Assembly: GCA_009914755.4 (NCBI GenBank)
Contig: CP068257.2
Span: 8,320,001-8,384,000 of the forward strand
Reading direction: 5' to 3'
DNA: 64,000 bases
Source: the human T2T-CHM13v2.0 reference genome, Homo sapiens
In this document: positions 1 to 12,750 of the stretch, in pieces
Layout: the number at the start of each line of letters is the position of its first letter
Numbering within the stretch: the stretch's first letter is position 1
Program-made: the position numbers and the translations under genes
The notes under the pieces: model-generated
Databases searched by the model: none
What the model was told of the DNA's origin: nothing
The model's input: only the letters and a program-made list of their open reading frames with translations

Positions 1-3000
1 TGGATATTTAGAGTGCTTTGAGGCCTATGTTGGAAAAGGAAATATCTTCCCCTAAAAACGACACAGAAGCATTCCGAGAATCTTCTTATTGATGTGTGAA
101 TTGAACTCACAGAGTTGAACCCATCTTTAGATAGAGCAGTTTTGAAACTCTCTTTTTGTAGAATCCGCAAGTGAATATTTGGAGCCCTTTGTGGGCGATG
201 GTGGAAAAGGAAATATCTTCACATAAAAATTACACAGAAGCATTCTGAGAAATTTTTTTGTGATGTGTGCATTCAAATCACAGTGTTGATCCTATCTTTT
301 GATACAGCAGTTTTGAAACTCTCTTTTTGTAGAATCTTCAAGTGGATATTTGAAGCCCTTTGTGGGCTAAGGTGGAAAAAATATCTTCACATAAACACTA
401 CATAGAAGCATTCTGACGAACTTTTTTGTGTTGTTTGCATTCAACTCACAGTGTTGAACTAGTCTCTTGATAGAGCAGTTTAGAAACACATTTTTTGTAG
501 AATCTGCAAGTGGATGTTTGGAGTGCTTTGAGTCCTGTTGTGGAAAAGGCAATATCTTCACATAAAAACTACACAGTAGCATTCTGAGAAACTTCTTTGT
601 AATGTGTGCATTCAACTGACAGAGTTGCAGCTGTCTTTTGGTGGAGCAGTTTTGAAACTCCCTTTTTGTAGGATCTGCAAGTGGATATCTGGATCCCTTT
701 ACAACCTTCTGTGGAAAAATAAGTATCTTCACATAAAAGCTACTCAGAAGCATTCTGAGAAACTTCTTATTGATGTGTGCTTTCATCTCAGAGAATTGAA
801 TATTTCTTTTGATGAGCAGTTTGGAATCACAGTTTTTGTAGAATCTGCAAGTAGATATTTGGAGCGCTTTGTGTCCTATGGTGGAAAAGGAAATATCTTC
901 AGATAAAAACTAAACAGAAGCATTCAGAGAAATTTCTTTGTCATGTGTGCATTCATCTCACAGAGTTGAAACTTTCTTTTGATTGAGCAGTTTTGAAACA
1001 ATCTTTATGTACAATCTGCAAGTGGATACTTGGAGAGCTTTGAGGCCTATGGTGGAAAAGAAAATATCTTTTCTAAAAACTACACAGAAACTTTCAGAGA
1101 AACTTCTTTGTGATGTGTGCATTCATCTAAAGTGTTGAAGGTTTCCTTTGATTGAGCAGTTTTGAAACACTCTTTTTGTAGAATGTGCAAGTGGATATTT
1201 GGAGCGATTTGGAGCCTATTGTGGAAATTGAAATATCTTCCCATAAATCTACACAGAAGCATTCTGAGAAACTTCTTTTTGATGTGTGCATTCAACTCAG
1301 AGTTGAAACTATCTTTTGATTGAGCAGTTTAGAATCTTTATGTAGAATCTGCAAGTGGATATTTGGAGCCCTATGAGCCCTATGGTGGAAAAGGAAATGT
1401 CTTCAAATACAAAATACACAGAAGCATTCAGAGAAACTTCTTTGTGATGAGTGCCTTCATCACACAGACTTGAACCTTTCTTTGGATTGAGTAGTTTTGA
1501 AAGACTCTTTTCGTAGAATCTGCAAGTGAATATTTGGAGGGCTTTGAGGCTTATTTTGGAGAAGGAGATATTTTCATATAAAAACTACACAGAAGCATTC
1601 TGAGAAACATCTTTGTGATGTGTGCATTCAAGTCACGGAGGTGAACCTATCTTTTGATGGAGCAGTTTTGAATCTCTCTTCTTGTAGATTCTGAAAGTAG
1701 ATATTTGGAGCACTTTGAGGTCTACTGTGGAAAATCAAATATCTTCACATAAGAACTACACAAAAGGATTCTGAAAAACTATTTTGTGATGTGTGCATTC
1801 AACTCACAGAGTTGAACTTATCTTTTGAATGAGGAGATTTGAAACTCTCCTTTTGCAGAATCTGCAAGTGGACATTTGAAGCCCTTTGAGGCTTACTATA
1901 AAAAAGCAAGTATCTTCACATAAGAATTAAACAGAAGCATTCTGAGAAACTACTTTGTGATGTGTGCATTCAACTCACAGAGTTGAACCTATCTTTTGAT
2001 TGAGCAGTTTAAAATATTTTTTTTTGTAGAATCAGCAAGTGGATATTTGGAGCCCTTTGCTACCTTTGGTGGAAAAGGAAATACCTTCAAATAAAAACTA
2101 CATAGAAGCATTCTGAAAAATTTCTTGGTGATGTGTGCATTCTTCTCACAGGGTTGAACCTATCTAATGACTGAGCAGTCTTGAAACACTCATTTTGTAG
2201 AAACTGCAAGTGGATATTTGGTGCGCTTTGAGGGCTTCGTGGAAAAGCAAATATCTTCACATAAAAACTACACAGAAGCATTCTGAGAAACTTCTGCGTG
2301 ATGTGTGCATTCATCTCACAGTGTTGGACGTTTCTTTTGATTGAGCAGTTTTGAAACACTCTTTTTGTAGAATCTGCAAGTGGATATTTGGAGCGCTTTG
2401 AGGCCTAATGTGGAAAATCAAATATCTTCACATAAAAACTACACAGAGGCATTCTGAGAAACTTCTTTGTTTTGTGTGCATTCAACTCACATAGTTGAAG
2501 TTATCTTTTGATTGAGATGCTTTGAATCTCCTTTTTGCAAAATCTGCACGTGGATATTTGGAGCCCTATTTCACCCTATAGTGGAAAAGCAGATATCTTC
2601 ACATAAACAAACACTACACAGAAGCATTCAGAGAAAGTTCTTTGTGATGTGTGCATTGAACATGCAGAATTGAAACTATCTTTTCATTGTACAGTTTTGA
2701 ATATCTCTTTTTGTAGAATCTGCAAGTGGAAGTTTGGAGCTCTTTGCACCCTGTGGTGTAGAAGTAAATATGTTCATATAAAAACTACACAGAAGCATTC
2801 AGAGAGACTTCTTTGTGATGAATGCATTCCTCACACAGAGTTTAATCTTTCTTTTTATTGAGTACTATTGAAATCTTCTTTTTGCAGAATCATCAAGTGG
2901 ATATTTGGAGAGCTTTGAGGCCTGTTTTGGAAAAGGAAATATCTTCAAATTAAAACTACACAGAAGCATTCTGAGAAACTTCTGTGGGATGTGTGCATTC

Positions 3001-6000
3001 AGCTCTCAGAGTTGAACCTATCTTATGATTGAGCAGTTTGGAAACACTCTTTTTGTAGAATCTGCAAGTGGATACTTAGAGCGATTTGAGGTCTACTGTG
3101 GAAAAGGAAATATCTTCACATAAAAACAACACAGAAGCACTCTGAGAAACTTCTTTGTGATGTGTGAATTCAACTCACAGAGCTGAACCTATCTTTTGAT
3201 GGAGTAGTTTAGAATCTCTCTTTTTTTAGAATCTGCAAGTGGATATTTGGAGTGCTTTGAGACCTACTGTGGAAAAGCAAATATCTTCACATAAAAACTA
3301 GACAGAAGCATTCTGAGATACATCTTTGTGATGTGTGCATTCATCTCATAGTGTTAAACCTTTCTTTTGATGGTTCAGTTTTGAAACACTCTTTTTGTAG
3401 AATCTGGAAGTGGATATTGGGAGCCCTTTGAGGCCTATGGTGGAAAAGGAAATATCTTCAAATAAAAACTACACAGAAGCATTCTGAGAAACTTCTTTGT
3501 GATGTGTACATTCATCTCACAGAGTTGAAACTTTCTTTTGATTGAGCAGTTTTGAAACACCACTTTTGTAGAATCTGGAAGTTGATATTTGCAGGGCTTT
3601 GAGGTCTATTTTGGAAAAGAAAATATCTTCACTTAAAAACTACGCAGAAATATTGTGAGAAACTTCTTTGTTAAGTGTGCATTCAACTCACAGAGTTGAA
3701 CCTATCTTTTGATTGAGCAGTTTTGAATCTCTCATTTTGCAGAATCTGCAAATGGATATTTGGAGCCCTTTGCTATCTATGGTGGAAAAGGAAATACCTT
3801 CAAACAAAAACTACACAGAGGCATTCTGAGAAACTTCTTTGTGATTGTGCATTCAACTCAAAAAGTTAAACCTATCTTATGATTGACCAGTTTGGGAACA
3901 CTCTTTTCATAGGATCTGCAAGTGGATATTTGGCGTCCTTTGAGGTCTATCGTGGAAAAGCAAATAACTTCAGATAAAAACTATACAGAAGCATTCTGAG
4001 AAACTTCTTTGTGATGTGTGCATTGATCTCACAAAGTTGAAACTTTATTTTGATTGAGCAGTTTTGAAACACTCTTTTTGTAGAATCTGCAAGTGGATAA
4101 TTGGGGAGATTTGAGGAATATTGTGGAAAAGCAAATATCTTCCGATAAAAACTACACAGAAGCCTTCTGAGAAACATCTTTGTGAGGTTTGCATTCAACT
4201 CACAGAGTAGAAGCTATCTTTTGATTGAGGAGTTTTGAATCTCTCTTTTTTCAGAATCTGCAAGTGGATATTTGGAGCGCTTTGAGGCCTACTTTTGAAA
4301 ATCAAATATCTTCCCTTAAAAACTACACAGAAGCATTCTCAGAAATTGTTTGTCATGTGTGCTTCCTAATCACCGAGTTGAACCTATCTTGTGATTGAGC
4401 AGTTTTGAATCTCCCTTTTTGTAGAATCTACAAGTGGATATTTTTAGTCCTTTGTAGACTGTGGTGGAAAAGAAATTATCTTGAAATCAATTCTACACAG
4501 AAGCATTCAGACAAACTTCTTTGTGATGAGTGCATTCGTCACACAGAGTTGATCCTTTCCTTTGATTGAGCAACTCTGAAACACTCTTTTAGAGGGTCTG
4601 CAAGTGGATATTTTAGAGCTTTGGGACAATTGTGGAAAAGTAAATATCTTCACATAAAAACTACACAGAAGCATTCTGAGAAACTTCTTTGTGAGATGTG
4701 CATTCAACTCACAGAGTTGAACCTATCTTTTCATTGAGCAGTTTTGAATCTCTCTTTTTGTAGACTCTGCTTGCGGATATTTGGAGAGCTTTGAGGCCTA
4801 TTGTGGAAAAGGAAATATCTTCACATAAAAACACACAGAAGCGTTCTGAGAAACTTCTTTGTGAGGTGTGCATTCAACCACAGAGTTGAACCTATCTTTT
4901 GATTGAGCAGTTTTGAATCTCTCTTTTTGTAGAAGCTGCATGTGGCTATTTGGAGACGTTTGTGGCCTATGGTGGAAAAGGAAATACCTTCAAATAAAAA
5001 CTAGACAGAAGCATTCTGAGAAACTTCTTTGTGAGGTGTGCATTCAACCACAGAGTTAAACCTATCTTTTGATTGAGCAGTTTTGAATCTCTCTTTTTGT
5101 ACCATCTGCAAGTGGATATTTGGAGCCCTTTGTGGTCTATGGTGGAAAAGGAACTATCCTCAAATAAAAACTACACAGAAGTATTCTGAGAAACTTCTTC
5201 GTGATGTGTGCATTCATCTCACAGAGTTGAACCTTTGTTTTGCTTGAGCAGTTTTGAGACCATCTTTCCATAGGATCTGGAAGTGAATATTTGGAGGGCT
5301 TTGAGATCTATTTTGGAGAAGGAGATATCTTCATATAAAAACTATACAGAAGCATTCTGAGAAACATCTTTGTGAGGTGTGCACTGAAGTCACAGAGTTA
5401 AAACTACCTTTTGATTCAGCAGTTTTGAATCTCTCTTTTTGCAGAATCTGTGAGTGAATATTTGGAGCGCTTTGTGGCCTACTGTGGAAAACCAAATATC
5501 TTCACATAAAAACTACACAGAAGCATTCTGAGAAACTTCTTTGTGATGTGGTCTTTCAACTAATAGAGTTGAACCTATCTTTCGATTGAGCAGTTTTGAA
5601 TCTCTCTTTTTGCAGAATCTGCAAGTGGATATTTGGAGAACTTTGAGGTCTACTGTGGAAAATCAAATATCTTCCCATAAAAACTGCACAGAAGCATTCT
5701 GAGAAACTTCTTTGTCATACGTACATTCACAGGGTTGATCCTATTTTATTATTGAGCACTTTTGAAACACTCTTTTTGTAGAATCTGCAAGTGAATATTT
5801 GGAGCTCATTGGGGCCTACTGTGGAAAAACCAATATCTTCACATAAAAACTACACAGAAGCATTCTGAGAAACTTCTTTGTGATGTGTGCATTCAACACA
5901 CAGACTCGAACATATTTTTTGGTTGAACAGTTTCGAATCTCTCTTTTTGCAGAATCTGCAAGTGGATATTTGGAGAGATTTGGGGCTGATTTTGGAAAAG

Positions 6001-9000
6001 GAAATATCTTCATTAAAAAACTACACAGAAGCATTCTGAGAAACTTCTTTGTGAGGTGTGCATTTAACTCGCAGAGTTGAACTAATCTTTTCATTGAGTA
6101 CTTTTGAATCTCTCTTTTTGTAGAATCTGCAAGTGGATATTTGGAGCCCTTAGTGCCCTATGGTGGAAAAGAAAATATCTTCACATAAATAGTACACAGA
6201 AGAATTCAGAGAAAATTTTTTGTGATTAATTCATTCCTCAAACAGGGTTGAACCTTTCTTTTTATTGAGCAGTTTTGAAACGCCCTTTTTGCAGAATCAA
6301 TTTGGAGAGTTTTGAGGCCTATTGTGGAAAGATATATCCTAAAATAAAAAATACACAGAAGCATTCTGAGAAACTTCATTGTTTTGTGTGCATTCAACTC
6401 ACAGAGTTGAACCTATCTATTGATTGAGCAGTTTTGAAAAACTCTTTTTGTAGAAACTGCAAGTGGATATTTGGAGCCCTTTGTGCCCTGTGGTGGAAAA
6501 GGAAATATCTTCGAATAAAAACTACACAGAAGCATTCAAAGAAACTTCCTTGTGAAGTGTGCATTCATCTCACAGAGTTGAACTTTTCTTTTGATTGAGC
6601 AGTTTTGAAACACTCTTTCTGTAGAATCGGCAAGTGGATATTTGGAGCTATTTGAGGCCTACTGTGGAAAAGGAAATATCTTCACATAAAAACTACACAG
6701 AAGCATTCTAAGAAACTTATTTGTGATGTGTGCTTTCACTTCACAGAGTTGAACCTATCTTTTGATTGAGCAGTTTTGAAACTCTCTTTTTGTGGAATCT
6801 GCAAGTGGATATTTGGAGCCCTTTGCAGCCTATGGTGGAAAAGGAAATATTTTCAAATAAATAATACACAGAAGCATTCAGAGAAACTTCTTCGTGGTGA
6901 GTACATTCATCACAGAGAGTTGAACCTTTCCTTTGATTGAGCAGTTTTGAAACACTCTTTTTTCAGGATCTGTAGGTGGATATTTTAGTGTTTTGAGGCC
7001 AAATGTGGAAAATCAAATATCTTCACATAAAAACTACACAGAAACATTCTGGGAAACTTCTTAGGGAGGTGTGCATTCAACTCACAGAGTTGAACCTATC
7101 TTTTCATTGAGCAGCATTGAGTCTCTCTTTCTGTAGAATCTGCAAGTGAATATTTGGAGAGATTTGAGGCCTATTGTGGAAAAGGAAATATCTTCACATA
7201 AAAACTACACAAAAGCATTCTGAGAAACTTCTTTGTGAGGTATGCATTGAACTCACAGAATTGAACCTATCTTTCGATTGAGCCGTTTAGATTATCTCTT
7301 TTTGTAGAATCTGCAAGTGGATATTTGGAACCCTTAGCAGCCTATGGTGGAAAAGGAAATATCATCAAATAAAAACTACACAGAAGCATTCTGAGAAACA
7401 TCTTTATGATGTTTGCATTCATCTCACAGGGTGGAACCTGTCTTTTGATTGAGTAGTTTAGAATCTCTCTTTTTGTAGAATCTGCAAGTGGTTATTTGAG
7501 GCCCTATTTCACCCAATAGTGGAAAAGCAAATATCTTCAAATAAAAACTACACAGAAGCATTCAGAGAAACTACTTTGTGATGAGTGCATTCATCACACA
7601 GAGTTGAACGATTGTTTTGATTGATCAGTTTTGAGACATTCTTTCCGTAGAATCTGAAAGTGAATATTTGGAGGGCTTTGAGTACTATTTTGGAGAAGGA
7701 GATATCTTCATATAAAAACTACACAGAAGCATTCTGAGAAACTTCTTTGTGAGGTGTGCATTGAACTCAAAAAGTTGAATCTATCTTTTGATTCAGCAGT
7801 TTTGAATCTCTCTTTTTTGCAGAATCTGAGAGTGGATATTTGGAGCTCTTTGAGACCTACTGTGGAAAATCAAATATCTTCACATAAAAACTACACAAAA
7901 GTATTCTGGGAAACCTCTTTGTGATTAGTACACTCATGTCACAGAATTGATACTTTCTTTTGATAGAGATGTTTTGAAACACTGTTTTTGTAGAATCTAC
8001 AAAGGGTTATTTGGTGGAAAAGGAAATATCCTCAAATAAAAACTACACAGAAACATTCTGAGAAACTTCATTGTGATGTGTGCATTCAACTCACGGAGTT
8101 GAACCTATTTTTTGATTGAGCAGTTTTGAATCTCTCTTTTTGTAGAATCTGCAAGTGGATATTTGGAGCCCTTAGTGCCCTGTGGTGGACAAGGAAATAT
8201 TTTCAAATAAAAACTACAAAGAAGCATTCAGAGAAACTTCCTTGCGATGTGTGCATTCATCTCACAGAGTTGAAACTTTCTTTTGACTGAGCAGTTTTGA
8301 AACACTCGTTCTGTAGAATCTGCAAGAGGATATTTGGAGCACTTTGAGACCTACATTGGAAAATCAAATATCTTCCATAAAAACTACACAGAAGCATTCT
8401 GAGAAACTTCTTTGTCATGTGTGCTTTCAAATCACATAGTTGAACCTATCTTTTGAATGAGCAGTTTTTAATCTCTCTTTTTGAAGAATCTGCAAGTGGA
8501 TATTTGGAGCCCTTTTTGACCTATGGTAGAAAAGGAAATATCTTCAAATAAAAACTACACAGAAGCATTCTGAGAAACTTCTTTGAGATGTGTGCATTCG
8601 TCTTTCGGGAATGAACCTATCTTATGATTGAGCAGTTTTGAAACATTCTTTTTGTAGTATCTTCAAGTTTATATTTAGAGCCCTTAGAGGCCTCCGTGGA
8701 AAAGCAAATATCCTCACATTAAAACTACACAGAAGCATTCTGAGAAACTTCTTTGTGTTGTGTGTATTCATCTCACAGAGTTGAAACTTTCTTTTGATTC
8801 AGCACTTTTGAAACACTCTTTTTGTATAATCTTCAAGTGGATAATTGGAGCCTTTTGAGGCCTATTGTGGAAAAGGAAATATCTGCACATAAAAACTATG
8901 CAGAAGAATTCTGAGAAACTTCTTTGTGAGGTTTGCTTTCAACTCACAGAGTTGAACATATCTTTTAATTGAGTAGTTTTGAATCTCCCTTTTTGCCGTA

Positions 9001-12000
9001 TCTGCAAGTGGATATTTGGAGCACTTTGAGGCCTACTGTGGAAAATCAATTATCTTCCCATAAAAACTACACAGAAGTAGTCTGAGACACTTCTTTGTGA
9101 TGTGTGCTTTCAACTCACAGTGTCAGACATATCTTTTGAATGAACAGTTTTGAATCTCTCTTTTTGAAGTATCTGCAAGTGGATATTTGGAGAGCTTTGA
9201 GACCTATTTTGGAAAAGGAAAGACCTTCACATAAAAACTACACAGAAGCATTCTGAGAAACTTCTTTGTGAGTTGTGCATTCAACTCACAGAGCTGGACT
9301 TATCTTGTCATTGAGCACTTTTGAATCTCTTTTTGTAGAATCTGCAAGTGGATATTTTGAGCCCTTTGTGCCCTATGGTGGAATAGGAAATATCTTCAAA
9401 TAAAAACTACACAGAAGCATTCTGAGAAAATTGTTTCTGATGAGTGCATTCATCACACAGAGTTGAACCTTTATTTTTATTGAGCAGTTTTGAAACACTC
9501 TTTTTGCAGAATCAGCAAGTGGATATTTGGAGAGCTTTGAGGCCTGTTGTGGAAAAGGAAATATCTTCAAATAAAAACTACACCGAAGCATTCTGAGAAA
9601 CTTCTTTGTGATGTGTGCATTCATATCACAGGTTTGAACCTAACTTATGATTGAGCAGTTTTGAAACTCTCTTTTTGTAGAATCTACAAGTAGATATTTG
9701 GAGCGATTTGAGGCCTATTGTAGAAAAGGAAATGTCATCAAATAAATACTACACAGAAGCATTCAGAAAAACTTTTATGTTATGAGTGCATTCATCACAC
9801 AGAGTTGAACCTTTCCTTTGACTGAACAGTTTTGAAACACTCTTTTTGCAGAATCTGCAAGTGCATATTTTAGAGCTTTGAGGTCAATTGTGGAAAAGGA
9901 AATATCTTCACATAAAAACTACACAGAAGCATTCTGAGATACTTCTTCGTGATGTGTGCATTCACCTCACTGGATTATACCTATCTTATGATTGAGCAGT
10001 TTAGAAACACTCTTTTTGTAGAATATGCAAGTGTATATTTGGAACACATTGGGGCCTACCGTGGAAAAGGAAATATCTTCACATAAAAACTACACAAAAG
10101 CATTCTGAGAAACTTCTTTTTGATGTGTGCATTCATCTCACAGAAATGAAACTTTCTTTTCATTGAGCAGTTTTGAAAAACTATATTTGTAGAATCTGCA
10201 AGTGGATATTTGGAGAGCTTTGAGGCCTATTTTGGAAAAAGAAATATCTTCACATAAAAACTACACAGAAGCATTCTGAGAAACTTCTTTGTGAGGTGTG
10301 CACTCACGGATTTGAAATTTTCCTTTCATTGAGCACTTTTGAATCTCTCTTTTTCTAGAATCTGCAAGTGGATATTTGGAGCTCTTTGCACCCTGTGTTG
10401 GAAAAGGAAATATCTTCAAATAAAAACTACACATAAGCATTCTGAGAAACTTCTTTGTATTGAGTGCATTCATCACACAGAGTTGAATGTTTCCTTTGAT
10501 TGAACAGTTTTGAAACACTCTTTTCGTATAATCTGGAAGTGGATATTTGGAGGGCTTTGAGGACTATTTTGGAAAAGGAAATATCTTCACATAAAAACTA
10601 CACAGAAGCATTCTGAGAAACTTCTTTTTTATTTGTGCATTCAACTCACAGAGTTGAATCTATCTTTTGATTGAGCCATTTGGAATCTTTCTTTTGTAGA
10701 ATCTGCTAGTGAATATTTGGAGACCTTTGTGGCCTATTGGGGAAAAGGAAATATCTTCAAATAAAAACTACACAGAAGAATTCTGGGAAACTTCTTTGTG
10801 ATGTGTGCATTCAGCTCACACGTTTGAACCTATCTTATGATTGAGCAGTTTTCAATCTCTCTTTTTGTAGACTATGCAAGTGGATATTTGGAGCCCTTTG
10901 TGCCCTATGGTTGAAAAGGAAATATCTTCAAATAAAAACTACACAGAAGCATTCAGAGAAACGCCTTGGTGATGAGTGCATTGATCACAAAGAGTTTAAA
11001 GTTTCTTTTGACTGAGCAGTTTTGGTACACTCTTTTTGTAGAAACTCAAAGTAGCTATTTGGAGGGCTTTGAGGCCTATTTTGGGAAAAGATATATCTTA
11101 ATATAAAAACTACACAGAATTATTCTGAGAAACTCCTTTATTATGTGTGCATTCAACACACAGAGTTGAGCCTATCTTTTGATTGAGTCATTTGGAATCT
11201 CTCTTTTGTAGAATCTGCTAGTGAATATTTGGAGACCTTTGTGGCCTATTGTGGAAAAGGAAATATCTTCAAATAAAAACTACACAGAAGCATTCAGAGA
11301 AACACCTTGGTGATGAGTGCATTGATCACAAAGAGTTTAAAGTTTCTTTTGACTGAGCAGTTTTGGTACACTCTTTTTGTAGAAACTCAAAGTAGCTATT
11401 TGGAGGGCTTTGAGGCCTATTTTGGGAAAAGATATATCTTAATATAAAAACTACACAGAATTATTCTGAGAAACTCCTTTATTATGTGTGCATTCAACAC
11501 ACAGAGTTGAGCCTATCTTTTGATTGAGCCATTTGGAATCTCTCTTTTGTAGAATCTGCTAGTGAATATTTGGAGACCTTTGTGGCCTATTGTGGAAAAG
11601 GAAATATCTTCAAATAAAAACTACACAGAAGCATTCAGAGAAACACCTTGGTGATGAGTGCATTGATCACAAAGAGTTTAAAGTTTCTTTTGACTGAGCA
11701 GTTTTGGTACACTCTTTTTGTAGAAACTCAAAGTAGCTATTTGGAGGGCTTTGAGGTCTATTTTGGGAAAAGATATATCTTAATATAAAAACTACACAGA
11801 ATTATTCTGAGAAACTCCTTTATTATGTGTGCATTCAACACACAGAGTTGAGCCTATCTTTTGATTGAGCCATTTGGAATCTCTCTTTTGTAGAATCTGC
11901 TAGTGAATATTTGGAGACCTTTGTGGCCTATTGTGGAAAAGGAAATATCTTCAAATAAAAACTACACAGAAGAATTCTGGGAAACTTCTTTGTGATGTGT

Positions 12001-12750
12001 GCATTCAACTCACAGAGTCGAACCCATCTTTTGATTGAGCAGTTTTGCATCTCTCTTTTTGCAGAACCTGCAAGTGGATATTTGGAGTGCTTTGAGGCCT
12101 ATAGTGGAAAAGGAAATATCTTCACATAAAAACTACACAGAGGAATTCTGAGAAAATACTTTGTGATGTGTGCATTCAACTCACAGAGTTGAACCTACTT
12201 TTGATTGAGCAGTTTAGAATCTCTGTTTTTGCAGAATCTGCAATTGGATATTTGGAGCGATTTGAGGCCTATTGTGGAAAAGGAAATATCTTCACATAAA
12301 AACTACACAGAGGCATTCTGAGAAAATACTTTGTGATGTGTGCCTTCAACTCACAGAGTTGAACCTATCTTTTGATTGAGCAGTTTTGAATCTCTCTTTT
12401 TGTAGCATCTGCAGGTGGATATTTGGAGCCCTTTGTGGCCTACAGTGGAAAAGGAAATATCTTCAAATAAAAACTAAAAAGAATCATTCCGGGAAAAGTC
12501 TTTGTGATGAGTGCATTCATCACAAAGTGTTGAATCTCTCTCTTGACTGAGTAATTTGGAAACACTCTTTTTGTAGAATCTGGAAGTGGATATTTGAAAA
12601 GCTTTGTGGTCTATTTTGGAAAAGGAAATATCTTCAGATAAAAACTACACAGAAGCTTTCTGGGAAACTTCGTTGTTAGCTGTGCATTCAAGTCACAGAT
12701 TTTAACCTATCTTTTGATAGAGCAGTTTTGAAACTCGCTTTTTGTAGAAT
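1..12750 (+). repeat. Alpha-satellite array, conventional consensus orientation, variant family A. Monomers carry ctacacagaagcattctgagaaac / gtggatatttggag, with an irregular mix of gaatctctc- and gaaacactc-type monomers.
   Basis: ~171-bp periodicity read directly. The conserved core gatgtgtgcattcaactcacagagttgaac and pJalpha-like ctatggtggaaaaggaaata are in almost every unit. No CENP-B box seen. Confidence 0.95.
10921..11942 (+). repeat. Near-identical tandem triplication of a two-monomer unit, in three copies at ~10921-11260, 11261-11601 and 11602-11942. Partial related copies lie at 10640-10920.
   Basis: The three copies differ at only a handful of positions (for example acgcc/acacc, gagtca/gagcca, gcctat/gtctat), whereas neighbouring monomers differ at roughly 10-20 percent. 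Confidence 0.9.
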
